A DNA stretch of 64,000 bases. Origin: Lingula anatina (lineage: Eukaryota > Animalia > Brachiopoda). Below are positions 38,290-51,777 of this stretch, one piece after another (positions within the stretch are counted from its first letter, which is position 1; the number at the start of each line of letters is the position of its first letter). The notes under the pieces were generated by a model. That model was given only the letters and a program-made list of their open reading frames with translations, was not told the DNA's origin and made no database searches. The DNA lies in assembly GCA_051362555.1 (NCBI GenBank), contig CM120646.1:22072001-22136000 (forward strand), given 5' to 3'. A program made the translations under genes and the position numbers.

Positions 38290-40209
38290 TCTGTACATAC
38301 AAAAAATAATGTATGTTTGCTACTTGTTAAAAAAACAAATTGTTTACCTGTTGTGAAGATAGGAAACCTTTTTCATCCTTAATTAATGACAGTTTTTTTG
38401 TGGTAATCCGTTTTTTGTAAATGAGTTAATGATTCTTAACCATTACAAGGTAGGTTCAATGATCTTGACCCGCCGTAAAATTAATAATGTGTTCTCAGAT
38501 ACCGCAACCTATCAATGTAACGACTTGAATGCAATGTCATCTCTGTTGTAGAAACGAGTACACTATATTTTTTTTGTATTTGCAAATGTTTATCTTTTTG
38601 CTTTCTGATTTTCATTTCAAATACAACAAACTCAATGTCTGTGCTATATTACTGTACCTGTAAGTGATAGAAAAGTGGATTATTCAATGATAAACTTGTT
38701 TTAACAAAATACTCGATTTGTTTTTTGTTGTTTTTTTAACGTAACAATTGTGCAATTTTGTTTGTGAGAAAAATAGTTATAGATAAATTTACTAGTGCGC
38801 CTGAAGTGGTCTGAATCTACAGTTTCAGACCAAAAACGCTCTTACATGATCATAGTAATCTAATAAGAACTGTAACAAGGCTCGACATTAACTTTAATAT
38901 ACAGCAAATGACCTGTCCAGAATAGAATCCACCCAGACCAACAAAACCAATTTTTCCTTTTCATACCTCTCAGTGAATTGTATTATGTGTAGTCAAGAAT
39001 GTTTTACTATTAACGTAACGGGACCCATTTTTGGCAGCTCAAAACATTGCTGTATTCGTTGGCTCCGCCGCCATGTCGCCGTTAACGCTTCTCCTAGATT
39101 ACAAGGGCCTAGCTATGTCGTCATCTATTTGATTTAGTTACATGTAACATATAATCTCAATTCGACCCATGCAAAGTTTGTTTTCTGTTAGTGCACTGGT
39201 CTAGGTATGACATTCGTCACAATTTACTCTTGTCCAAATTTTAGAAAATTGAATACTAAATATCTCCCAAACCAAAGGGATTATGGGGAAAGTACCTATA
39301 GCAGGCTGACACAAAGGCATATGTAAATATGTGAGACATGCTATTGGATTAGAACTTTCGCCCTTAGTTCAAAATCCCCCCCCCCCCAAAAAAAAAAAAA
39401 AAAAATTCTGAAAAAAGTGTTTGTGCCAATTTTCAGAACATACACGGACCTTAGCTCTCATAGTATTGTGAGGAGTTGCAATTATGGGCCCGTTTTATCT
39501 TCGGGAGTATGGGATCAAATTGTGCATTGTCATAGGAGAAGCAGCTATTAGATGCAGAAACTGAAAATTCTCTTATTCTGGAACCGTAAATGCTAGAGAC
39601 ATCTTGTTTGTACAATAGTACAGGTACAATACTGTAGGAGATGTCTGCATTTTTAGTTTTCCACTTGGTTCCGGAGTTAGGCTCTATTAAAAAATACATC
39701 ACAATATTTGGTGGTGAACTAAATGTGAAATCCTCCAAAATAAGCATAGCCACCATTGAGCGTGAATAGAAAGTCATACACAAGCAATCATACTGGGACC
39801 CTCAAATTGACCTTTGACCTACTTTTATGATTATTTGCACTTTGCGTTATATATACAAGTATTTTACATTGACAGTCTTCCTGCGACCTAGAATTTGACC
39901 TTTGAAGATTTTTCCTCATGGACTGATCTTTGCAAAATTTTTTGACCCTTAATTCTCCAATACTGGCGGAGATATTCCCATAGTTACAATTACATTTGAA
40001 TAGGAATTCACATATTGACAGACTTCCTGTAACCTTGAATTTGATCTATGACCTACTTTTTACCACCATTTTGCGTTTAATTATTATTGTTTTATGGTAA
40101 TCTTCAAAAAATACACCCCTTTGTTCATTGCATTTTAGAGTTAGTCAAACACAACACTGGAAGTGGTCACCGCTTTTCCATACAAATTTCCATTCTCAAG
40201 TGGGTTGTA

Positions 40210-40249
40210 TAATACCCGGAGGCGGTATCGCCTCTTAAATTCTCTAGCT
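40210..40249 (+). mobile_element. Helitron-like 3' end of a larger repeat with tgacctttgacc motifs
   Basis: Hairpin GAGGCG-GTAT-CGCCTC about 11 nt before CTAG; 5' boundary not defined. Confidence 0.45.
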
Positions 40250-41050
40250 CCCCGTTGTTTTTCCAAGGCAAAACTAATTTGATGAGATCAAGTGTGCATT
40301 AAACGGACAAACCTTTTTCTGTCACACGAGCACAGTTTTTGCTTAACAACTTCATAAATGACTCGTGGTGTTGACAGGTATTTCTTCAGAATTAACTCCT
40401 TGTTTCAGTCTTTCTCAAGCTACAATCTTCCACAAAATCGGAAGATAACACATTTTTCATCATATTTTGTGCAACCACTTTTGTTTCTGAAGCCCCCACT
40501 ATAATTATTTAACCGCTGAGTTCAATGTCACCAGGTAAGATTACGTCGTTCTGAATGTAACCCAAATCCTTTTAAAGGGGCCACACCGTGCTCATTATGT
40601 GTTTTACATGTGGATAATTAATGAGGGACTTTTTTAGTCTTTGTCAAACTTATATTGCATGTATATTCAGATTAATTAAAATTAATTTATTCAGCCAAGT
40701 ACTAAGATAACTGACATGAGCTCTTAAAACAGCTACACTGAGACAAATTATCACTGATTAAAATTTAGTATAATTACTGTATAAACAAAGATATCAGGTT
40801 AAATAATTACATCTTAATAAATTTAGAACTTATAATTAAGCTATTTCATATTTTTACTTGAAGTATGCAAACAATCTATACAGATCAATTTCAAATGTTT
40901 AATTTGACTTGCAAAACAAACCACCACCACTGTTGAATGCAAATGATAGCTGTGCAGACAGTTTCAAGTCAAGTGATCATGAGAAGCTGAGTAGTCAGCC
41001 TTCACAAACCCTGTACACATCAGGAGAGGTAGCATTTGTTCAGGTACATA

Positions 41051-42322
41051 CACTGATGCTCATAAGTTAAGCAACACCCCGATTTTTTCAAAAGTTTCTT
41101 CTATCATGATCATTATTTCATTTGTTGGTGGGATTATGCATATTTCTTTCATATTTTATAAATAACTTATTCAAGTTGAATATTTCGGTTAAAGAAATAC
41201 ACCACACAGCTTACTGTAATAATCAAAATGACTTTATTAACCAAACGGTACTAAAATATGCCAAACCATGTGTCAAAAAAGTATGCTCACACAGCAAAAA
41301 GTACGTGCTGATTAAAACAGCTTATTATCAAAAAATTAAGTTCGATCATCTAAGAATTAGTTTTAATAAAAGAAGACTGTAGATAATAGATGATTAATCG
41401 TCTATTATGCAATAAATATCGGGTGTGCTTTCCCTGGTTTTGAACAACAGCTTCACATTGTCTCCTGCAACTTGCCACCAAATTCTGCCAATCTTGCTTT
41501 GAGAGCCGGTTCCATTCCTTATTTACTGCCCGTTGGACCTCTCTAGAGGGTTGGACCTCTAACTGGGGGTTGTCTCTCATTTATTGCCCTGTGAATCATA
41601 TCCTAAGCATGCTCGATTACATTAAGAATTGGTAAATATGCAGGACAATCCAAATGTGGGATACCGCGCTGTTGCAGCGCGTCTTGCACGGACCATGCTT
41701 TGTGGATGGGCGTTTTGTCCTGCACCAAAATGATTTTTCTTTCTGGATTTGCTTGAATGTGTGATTGTATGCACCCCAATGGTATTTCGTCTCTATATTG
41801 TTGACCAGGGCGCCTCCCTTGAATGACGTACGGTGGCAATTTTACATTGTTTGGCTGAAATGAACTGGTCCTGGTGGCATAATCGAACCAGATATCTTCA
41901 TCTTTTGCGTCAGTTAATATTAGTCTACCAGAAAGAGGCTTGTCCATTACATGATGAGTTTGGCGCCTTTTTGCTACTAGCTTGGACACTTGACTTGGTG
42001 CTGCTTTTTTGTTGCCTTGCAATCTGTCTCTTTGGCACCCCAGCACGATGGCTTCCCATTATTTGTCATCTGATTACCTCGTTGAGTCCTCTTCTAACCA
42101 TTGGTTGGTCCAAAATAACAAATTGTGCCCATGAAGCTCCTCATGGCATGGCACCCCCATTTCATATTCTATCGTGTCCAACAGTAAATAGTCCGGTCCA
42201 GTAAGTCAAAGTAAAAACAAGAGAAATATCTAGCTATTGTACAAATTTTGCCTCAATCAAAATTTTGCTTGCTGAGAAATTCGAGAAATAAGAAAGTGTT
42301 GCTTAACTTATGAGCATCAGTG
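41051..42322 (-). mobile_element. Tc1/mariner element, internally deleted and decayed
   Basis: 27-bp perfect TIR CACTGATGCTCATAAGTTAAGCAACAC, TA TSD; QDKTPIH, PILNVIEHA, RRQCEAVVQNQGKHTRY. Confidence 0.92.
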
Positions 42323-42570
42323 TAGGTTGGCATGACTTGCGATAAGGGACCACACCTTGCAAACCAGATGCTATAGATATTTAATAATGGATTTTTAACA
42401 TTTTTGCCAAACTATAATTATATGTACATATAAATATTGATAATCCTTTCATTAGGGATTAAAAGGCTCTTTTAATTGTGAATTGAGTGTAGTCGGTTCT
42501 ACTTTTTACATCGTATTTTCTGCTATCTACCTATTGCACCAGTCGTTTGAATATATATTACACCAGCCGT

Positions 42571-42574
<4 letters not shown>

Positions 42575-42648
<74 letters not shown>
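42575..42648. repeat. (TA)n microsatellite
   Basis: Seen directly. Confidence 0.95.
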
Positions 42649-42652
<4 letters not shown>

Positions 42653-45587
42653 GATGAGTATACTTTAAATACAGACTCATTGTTGTATGACTTATATTTG
42701 TGCCGACTTATATTTTACTCTCGTTCATTTCGTGAAATTAGTTCCTTGAATAAAGTTTTGCCTGTATAAATTTACTTTGTGACATGAAGTAATTAATAAA
42801 ACACGCCTTTTGAAAAGGGGGCTTTTCGTAACTAATACAGGTCCACTGTTCAGAAAAATATCGTCGCCGCTACCTTCAGGAAAGCATACCCTCCGCTAGG
42901 ATCACCGGCATTTTTGGTTATCTCACAAATAAGGGCAGATGTCAATTTACGTTTTAGCTAATAATTTTGAATTTACTAATATTTTCGACTAAATTCGATG
43001 TCAGATTCATAGCCATATGATACCATTCATTGTATGATAATCTAAGCTAGTTTCCACATTTTTCAGACAAAATTATCCAGACCTTTTAACACTACCGGTC
43101 TCCTCGAGAATCTCCCCATTTAGGGACATGTCTCCTGATTCCCCGATTCAGAATAAGCACCCACTGTTTTATCAGACTAGAACGCGTGGCGATAAAATGT
43201 GTCGCTACATCTTGTAAACACTCAGCGAAATGCACCTAGTGACTATATTCAATGTGCCGTCCCTTAATTGATTTCTCGATTTCATTAATTGACGATAGTA
43301 ATTGCAGTAAACAAGGAAGAGGAAATGCTGTAGACAAAACAACGTCGGGTCTTTGCGTGACTTTTTCCCTAAACACTTTCTATGTTGCTGTCAAAGAAAA
43401 GGGAGCCGAGATAGCGATCATTTAAACCACTGGTGCTGCTTTTACAGGTAGACTTCCTCGTTTATCATTTAAATGCTCCCCTCCTCCAGCAGACCCAACT
43501 TGAGGAATGCCATAGTAGCTATAGTACACTGTTTATAAGATCTTGGTTCAAGTTATGAAAGGTTTAAGCACAAAACAATAATTTGAGGGTATTTTTTCAT
43601 TCAAGACAAAATTTAGTATCTATGGTGTGTGACAATAGGGACTTTACAAAACTTTATTTGTCCTTAAATATATTCCAGTAGCATATGGATTTAGGCGAGC
43701 GACGTAATTGTAACCTCAACCTGAGGTATCCCTGATGAAAGCACCAGATTGAACACTGACAAGCGGAGTACAAAAATTAACTTTTTTAAATATCGATTAC
43801 AACATGCTGTACAATGACAATGAGTCCTAAAAGGGTTAATGGACTCCTTTGTCTTAAAAGCAATTCATTTTGAAATTAAAAGAAGCAGTTTTTCGGGGTC
43901 GGGGGGAGACATAGTTAACGTTAGGTGATTCGTTAAAGCCGAGGGTTGTTTCACTATCAAATATGTAAATCATATGTCATAAAAACACTATAAGAAAGTT
44001 TTTTTTGTTACGATCTACAACATTTGTTCATTTATATAGCAGGGTGAAGTTAACGCCAAAGGAAAATGGTAACTAATACCGTAATCCTTCTCGTCCATTT
44101 ATTTAAATCACTATCAAAACGTTTGATACACAATGTTCATTAACGTCATAATTTTGGCGATTTATTGAAACCATATTTGTACAGAGTAGGTTAGCATAAG
44201 TTAAGTAACAACAAGTATGAAGATCAACTCCCTTTTTAAGTGAGGCAAGACACCCTCTTCACACTGATTATAACCTTGAGAAATACATTATGCAACAAGG
44301 CAAAGGAGTTGTGTAAAGTTCTTTCAACTCGTGTGTGAATACAACACATTCTTTGTCACTTTTACAAGACAATGGAGGCGAGCAAGTGGAGTAATTGCAA
44401 TATACAATAAAAAGGAAATTAGTTTAGAAAGCTTACTTCGGAGAGCCCTTTGCTTGTTCAAAGGAAAGAGATAGATATCGTGTGTTGGTGTAAAAGTGTG
44501 AAAGACAAGCAACGGTCTTGAGTCGCTGTTTATATTGTTCGCAATTAAAATTGAAGTATACCTCCTTCGCCTGCATGTAAACGTGTTACTTTTCCTCGTG
44601 TTCACTATATTTCTTTTCAGTGGATGAGACAAGGCGATGAGATCGATAAAAGTAGAGGTTAATCTAAACAATTAGATGTGATTTTTGTGAAATGACTTAT
44701 TAAGTGATGTGCATGTACCTAGCATGTTTAAATTCTTGAATTTCTAATTTGTAAAATCTTTCATAGACGGCCTCATATATGTATTACTCTCAGGCCATAC
44801 TCTTCGATATTATTGTGTTACACGGGACTCTTGGAAACCTGAAGCACAGGGCATTGTGAAAGTTAATTCGCTACGGGGTCTTGTTATCCTTCATGCAATT
44901 TTATAGCTGGGATGAACACTGTGAAGTAGAAACAGGCTTCACTTAGCCTTACTTAATATACGACACTTTGTTTGACATGGCGTTTCTGCAGCCTGAGACA
45001 CAGTTATTGCATAGGCATGGTATAAGCTTGTTCGAGGGATAATAACAGTCGCGTTTAACAATAGATAGCGAGCTATAGTAAGACCCCCTCCACTAAACTG
45101 ATGATTTACGCTGTTAATTGACCGCACTTTCATATATTGTATGATCACCCAGTCAGACTTCCCCCAGCTGTACGTTGGAGTTGGATTGTCCTTGTGCCTC
45201 TGTCAATGCACCTCATTTAATTTCAATATTATAAAGCTATAATCCTATCGCCGCAACAAACAATGGGGACCTTCTGGCTGATGTATTCTGCTGTTAATTA
45301 CACCTAGTTACAGCGGATTGTCGCGCTTGCTGGACCACAGAAACCGTCGTCATGGGGTTCACTCGTCTTAAGTATTGTGTTATTCCACCTAAGCTATTTT
45401 TAGGACCTTTTTTCCAATACACATAAAATATGACCCGTCAGACAGCCAACCCTGCAACCCACTTGTCGTAACTGAATTACTGAATTTTTACCTGTCTCTA
45501 ACAGGCGCCATTGTAGAGGCCATACTGTGTACAATTATGGTTTGAACAAACATTTTAGAAATCCATTATTAAATATTAATTTCCTAA

Positions 45588-46898
45588 AGCCTAGGTCCCA
45601 ATTACGTTTTGAATCAAAGAGAAAGAATCAAGCGGCTGTTGATCATGTCGTAGAGGTAGTGGAAAGTCTGCCTTTCAAGTTAGATGTATTTTCAAGCAGG
45701 GACGCTAATTGCAAGGAGCAATGGCCAAAGAAATTGTACTAATTTCTTGGGTTTGTCTTACTTCCTGTGGACGTGGCACACACTCACCACTTACTAAGAG
45801 AATGCAACGCACGGTGAAAGTAGTCCTTTTTTTGCGTCAGTTTTGCTTCACACTTGCCTCACACGTTTGTGGTGACGTGCTGACGACGTACGTCAGTTTT
45901 GTTTTCTGTTGTCCTCTTCTTTCTTCTTCCTCCCCCCTTTTTTCTTCTATGTAAGCTTCTTTCTTTTGCCTTTTGGAGGCAGATTAGAAAGTAATTTGAG
46001 CAAAAATTGGAAAATTTTGAAAATTTGTTGCATACGTTACACACACTGTAAAAACAGTGTTTAGCATTTAAATACATACAACATACGTTAAGTAGATACG
46101 CATTTAGAAATATGTGTAAAAGCTAAGCACGTATAGCTTTTTAAGCGTTTCACGGAAGAAAATGCTAGACACGTTGGCAGTGTTGCACGTTTAGCTATGT
46201 GCTTAGCTTCACCGGTATATGAATCTATAATAAGTCTATCACAAGCTAAGCACATTGGCGCGTGTGTGTGCGACTAAAACCGTTGAAACTTTTAGTACCT
46301 AAAAGTTAAACAAACACACGCGTCAAACGCGTCATACTGCTAAACACATTCGGTCTAAAAGCGTGTAACATGTTAAGGAGCTAAGCATGTTAGGAGCTAA
46401 ACGCGTCGAAAAAATGAGACAAAACAGGCGCTTAGAAATGTGTTTAGGAGCTAAACACTGTTTTTACAGTGCAGTCGACGCTCATTGTAAAGACACAAGC
46501 GAGCGTCGTGAGCACGTATTTAATGCACCAGGAGCGGGGGTGACGCACGTACGACGCATTCCCGGTGTGCTATCGACTTTGTTTGTTAGTTGTGAGGGCG
46601 TGCGCCTTACTCAACACGCAAAGGGCACTTGCTCCTTTATTGCTTGCGTCGTGCGTCTTGCAAAACGCGCATCTCTCTTGCTAACTCCATGCAAGGGCAG
46701 CAAGTTACGCTTGCGGCCTCGCTGTTCGCAGGCTATTCGTAGAATCTTTTGGACATGTCCAACATCTTCCAAACGTGCTGACGGGCTGTCTGTGAACTCG
46801 AATTTCGTAAGAAGGACTTGCGTGGGACGTGAAATTCTGCGCAAATTTTGGACGCAAACAGCCCGTAAGAGCCCGTACGGCCAGTTGTGACCGAGGCT
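45588..46898. mobile_element. Non-autonomous PIF/Harbinger-like element
   Basis: AGCCTAGGTCCCAA.. / ..TTGTGACCGAGGCT with TAA on both sides. Confidence 0.65.
46044..46471. mobile_element. CACTA/EnSpm-type MITE nested in the Harbinger-like element
   Basis: 22-bp TIR CACTGTAAAAACAGTGTTTAGC, 2-bp TSD CA, internal gctaa repeats. Confidence 0.8.
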
Positions 46899-48568
46899 TA
46901 AAGGGTAATAACTCTTCGTATGATATTTATATTTCACAATAAAAACATTATGAACAAGTCATAGATATATAATATATTCTGTTTTACCACAAAAATGGCA
47001 GTTATAGCTATTATTCAGATATCTGAGCTTGTCTTTAGGTCACGTGACCTCCATTGATGGCTGTACTCAGTTATAATCTCTTAAGAGATTTTAACAAAAA
47101 GCCAAACTTTTTAGAAAAAAAAACAGGGACTAACTTTGAATGTAAAAATGGATCCATTAACCATTGGTAAGTATGGAAAATTTGTTGTTTACTCCAGAAA
47201 ATTTCATTTTTTGGCAAAAACGAAGATTCATATGAACGTTTTAGTCTCGTCTTCAGCTATTGAGGAGAAGGGATTAAAGGCATTATTTTCCATCTTGACC
47301 AATATGTCTGTATACTTAGTTATAAAGAACCTACATGTAACACTTATCATACTTTGTTCCACTAATGTAGATTGAACACCTACATGTACATGAGTGTTCT
47401 CGCTTGTAAATTGTTCTCTGGAAGGCCATTTAATGTGGCTTTGAACTTGTTTATGCAGCACAGATTCAGTTATGTCTTCAAAGTGATCATCACCTCCTGA
47501 ATGCAAAGAACAATACAGCGGTCTCTTAATGCGTAATCCATCTGGACTATAAAACTATACCATACACAACCTTTGGTATGTGTAATCTTGGAGTGACCCA
47601 GTGCAACAGGGTGCTGCAATGATTAAATGAAGAACACTGTGATGCTTTCGGGTGGGTCACCCTGTGTTTCTGGAGTGTATCGGGAATAACATTTCTTACT
47701 GGCATCTTTTCAAGTATTGCAGTATGCCCCTTCCTTGTAAAATGTACTCTTGAAGACCATTTGATAGATTGAACCTAAACATGGATGTGGTCACTTCTGA
47801 AATGCACTCTTGAAGATCATATAATAGAGTGCACGTTATTTGGCACTGAGCTTGTTTACGCGACACAGTTTTAGTTTTGTCCTAAATAGTGATCGACATC
47901 TGCGAAGTGCAAAGAACAACACAGTGGTCTCTTGAGTAATCTAACTGGACTTTGAAACTGCTGTGCATGACTTTCGCGATAACCTAAATGTCTTGACATT
48001 CTTTTACCTGTGGGGATTGAGTTTGTAGTTTCACGAGTATGTCATTGTGCTCTTTGAGAAACGCAGGGTAGCATGTGGACACATTAACACATACAGGTAT
48101 GTTTAACCAATGTTATCAAAGACCTAAGTTAACTGACTTCAGTTACATGGTTCAAACAGTATATTACACAGAGGTACTGTGGTCTGTTCGACAGCATAAC
48201 ATTTTATAAACGTTTTGACCGCAAAATTACCACCTTTACTGTAGTAGAGTGGAGGACAGACGACTGATGTTTGCCATAGGATTTGTGAAAAGTGTCGTGA
48301 AAGAACAACTTTCCTCTGTCCCTCATCATCTATCGACTAACATTGGTTGTACCCAAACCAACATGAAGCACAATTTATTGACGCATGCAGACATGAAGGC
48401 AAATAGCATCCATTGTATCAGCTCCCAGCTCTGAATGTGGATCAAAAGTCTGAATAGTTTTTAATAAAAAAAAGTTGCATTGTGTCAATATCTCAGCAAT
48501 CAATTAGTTTCATGTAACATAAATGTGCTAAAAATAAGCTAACAACATCTTATTTTTTATATTCAGTT

Positions 48569-48570
<2 letters not shown>

Positions 48571-48628
<58 letters not shown>
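48571..48628. repeat. (TA)n microsatellite
   Basis: Seen directly. Confidence 0.95.
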
Positions 48629-48631
<3 letters not shown>

Positions 48632-49641
48632 CCATCTTTACAAAGAATGGATAATTAAAGTTGTGGCGATGATACTTAATATGGCAAACTGTAAGATTTT
48701 GAACTCTGTAATTTGTAAGGTTATTATGATAAATTATGTGTCAGGTAAGGATGATTAAATAAAAACCCTTTAAGTAGGATTATTTGAGGGAGCCTTTGTT
48801 CCACTTACTGGGGTCAACATGTTCAGTTTCTCCTAAAAACATGTCTCTTCCCACCACTGTGCATAAATTAATAAATTGTCATAACAGCTACCAATGCATT
48901 AAAGGATAACTGTGTGATTCCAAAACTGCACTGCTCATTCCCGATATGCCTCAACATAACTGACATTGTGGAATCGATTGTTTGAGTGTCAGAAATGTCA
49001 TTTTCTTTCTCAAACAGGCCGGAAAATTCCTGAAAACCATAAGGTCAAATTAATTTATTTCATTTTTTTTCAAAACATAATACTGAAAATCCACTTTTAA
49101 CCTCCACTAATTGTTTTTATGTAAAAAAGAAAAAGTAGCAAATACCTGTTGATGAAGGCATGCTTTGTATCGTACTTTAAAGACAGACATTCCCCTTTTA
49201 CCTGAATGATTCTACCAGGCAGACAAGGCCCCACTTCATATCTCCAAGCAAACCTCAATAAATATCACTTGAACGATTCATGAGTGTCAAACCCTCTTTG
49301 AAATCCTTTGAGTTATATCATGTAGTATGGCCCTGTTTCATTACAGATTTATAGGATCATCTTTTTTACATACCGACTTTTCTTTTTTCTGACTATGGAA
49401 TAATCTTAAAATTGTGTACAGCATTTATTGTAAACAGAGCAGGATTGTGGAATAAAATAAGATAATAATAGAGTGAACTAAAAACAGAATATTCTATTTT
49501 GCTTTAGTTAGTCATTAACAGAAGAAAACACCATCGGTGTTTTTAAACATTGTAGAAAATTATCTTAGATAACATGAAAGTCAATAAATCAACTACTCAG
49601 AGAGAAACCCCGTTTCTTGTTTACTAACATGCATATTTTAG

Positions 49642-49719
49642 GATCTCCAATCACCACAGCTATGACAGAAGTCATAGGCACAACAGGTAGTACCAGCAAC
49701 ATGGTGATTAGTACAGTTG
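49642..49719 (+). CDS. Gene C: Ser/Thr-rich exon
   Basis: tttag|GA..G|gtgaat; GSPITTAMTEVIGTTGSTSNMVISTV, phase 1-1. Confidence 0.55.
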
Positions 49720-49998
49720 GTGAATATAATAGCATCACTACGACTTGTTCATGTTTGTTCTATATGTCAATTAAAATCCCCATTTGTTGTCTCTCGGCCA
49801 ACCTGGTTTTCATCTACTTATCTTGGTTCTGCCAATATCTTAAATAAATAACCCTTAAGGGGCACCAGGGGCAGCCATATTTCAGGTCAGATCACGATTC
49901 CTGAAGACAAGGAAGACGGGAAATCACAGACAGTTTAAGCACATTGGTATCACATAGTCGGTATTGGATTATGATATACACGGCGTGCTATACATGTC

Positions 49999-50000
<2 letters not shown>

Positions 50001-50045
<45 letters not shown>
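50001..50045. repeat. (TG)n microsatellite
   Basis: Seen directly. Confidence 0.95.
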
Positions 50046-50047
<2 letters not shown>

Positions 50048-51295
50048 AGTGCGGGGGCTGAACAAATATACCGTGGCTTCCACTTGCTGCGGTGACATTT
50101 TAATTGGGCTAGCAGATCTGGCAGCCCGCCAGCTTCTTTTTGTTGAATAATATGCTAAATAGTTACTGAGGACTGTTATTTGTGTCAATACACATTTTTA
50201 ACACTTGAGTAGATCACCTACAAAAATGCAGATACTGGGCAGAATTTGAATGTTTTAACTTCACATGCTAACGACCAGCGACAGAAGGGGTAAAAGGGAA
50301 AGATTCAGCTACATAAACCTCAGAAGCTAATAAGGACACGACCTGTTATGTGTGCATGTGACTTTGATTCTACTCAGATTTTTGGACGGAATATACATAC
50401 AGTTATGACTTCCGATTGTTTATTACAAAAGGAAATAGTGTCATTTTGATTTAATATTTAAACTCAACGGAAATACCCCAGTAAAATAGTTTTCCAGTTT
50501 TCCATACACGAATATTAACGTTGTTAGAAGTATACAGGTATTATAATTAGAGTAGAAAATGGACAATAAAGTGAAAACGCTCACGTTATCTTGACACGTT
50601 ATATTGTTCAATTGTTTATTTAAAAAAGGGTGTGCACCTTGAAACTTTGATGATTTATAACTATCATATACAATGTGTTTGCACTATTGATACGAATACG
50701 TTTATTTTTTTTAAAAAGATCATCATGGTTTACAGCAACAGGAACGTTCATCTGAATTGGACATGTGTAATAATGTGGCTTTGCACCAGTATTACCTGTA
50801 CGCTAAAATGTAAGTATATAACATGCACGTGCATAGACACAGAGAAACATTGCTGGAATTGAAATCTTTTCCAATTATTTTTAAACTATTTCTTATTGAA
50901 TTATTCATTTAATTATGATTCAGTTTTCAGTATACTTCAAACTTTATTTGCCATTTCAACCGATGTAATTTTCAGGGTGTCAGGGAGGCATAAGGATTCC
51001 ACAATTTTCTTGACCTTATTTATTTAAAATATACTCAAACACATGTATGTATGGCATGTAAACATTTTGGCAAATGCTTACAAGTTTAGGTAATTACAAT
51101 ATTATGTAGTTTTACATATATTTTTCCCGTTTGATCATTACAGAATAGAATCTGTCGAAAATGACAATTATGGGAAAGATTTGACAAAATGAGGTTTAAT
51201 CTCATAATAAACATATTCCATATCTACCATAGGCATACTTATCGATGTCTTTGTTTGAAAAGAAAGACTGTTAATGTTTCTGTCGCTTTGTCCAG

Positions 51296-51619
51296 ACACC
51301 ACCTCTGCCAGTCCAGTCATTGGTTATGAAGGAGAGGCTATTGAAATGCAGTGCCGATCTGATTCGTCAGGAAAAATAACCAGTATACAGTGGTTCCTGA
51401 CTGGTCCTGATCCTGACAAGAGAGTGGCCTTTTGGGCAGGATCAGGTCAGCCTACGTTTATTGGACCACTGACCAATGGCCGAGCAACTATGGCGACACC
51501 TTCAGGAAACCTGACCATACATAGTCTGATGGCATCTGATGCTGGAGGGTATGAATGTAGAGTGTATGATGAGAGCTATTTCCAAATACTTGTAGTGGAG
51601 TACATTTTGACAGAATTCG
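51296..51619 (+). CDS. Gene C unit 0: V-set Ig exon (most divergent copy)
   Basis: tccag|AC..G|gtgagt, 324 nt; MQC..QWF..GRA..NLTI..DAGGYEC. Confidence 0.9.
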
Positions 51620-51777
51620 GTGAGTAAATTGTATTATAATGAATGATATTATAAAACATAATACAGTTTCCATTATTATTCATATTAAATCTACCACATG
51701 CAATTTTGTATACTTGCTGTTTTTTTTCCAGAATGCACCACTGCACCTCCCCCACACACCATTGCATTTAATTTTAA

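Noticed and set aside
42483-42668. YIYIYI ORFs (also 48567-48758) and the poly-Lys ORF at 7388
   Set aside because: Translations of microsatellites and homopolymers
46044-46471. RSS- or Transib/RAG-like CAC termini
   Set aside because: Ends are CACTG with a 2-bp TSD, fitting CACTA/EnSpm; no 5-bp TSD or nonamer spacing
47148-47166. ATG micro-exon MDPLTI G|gtaagt as first exon of gene C
   Set aside because: Phase fits but there is no hydrophobic signal peptide, and it lies near a probable repeat
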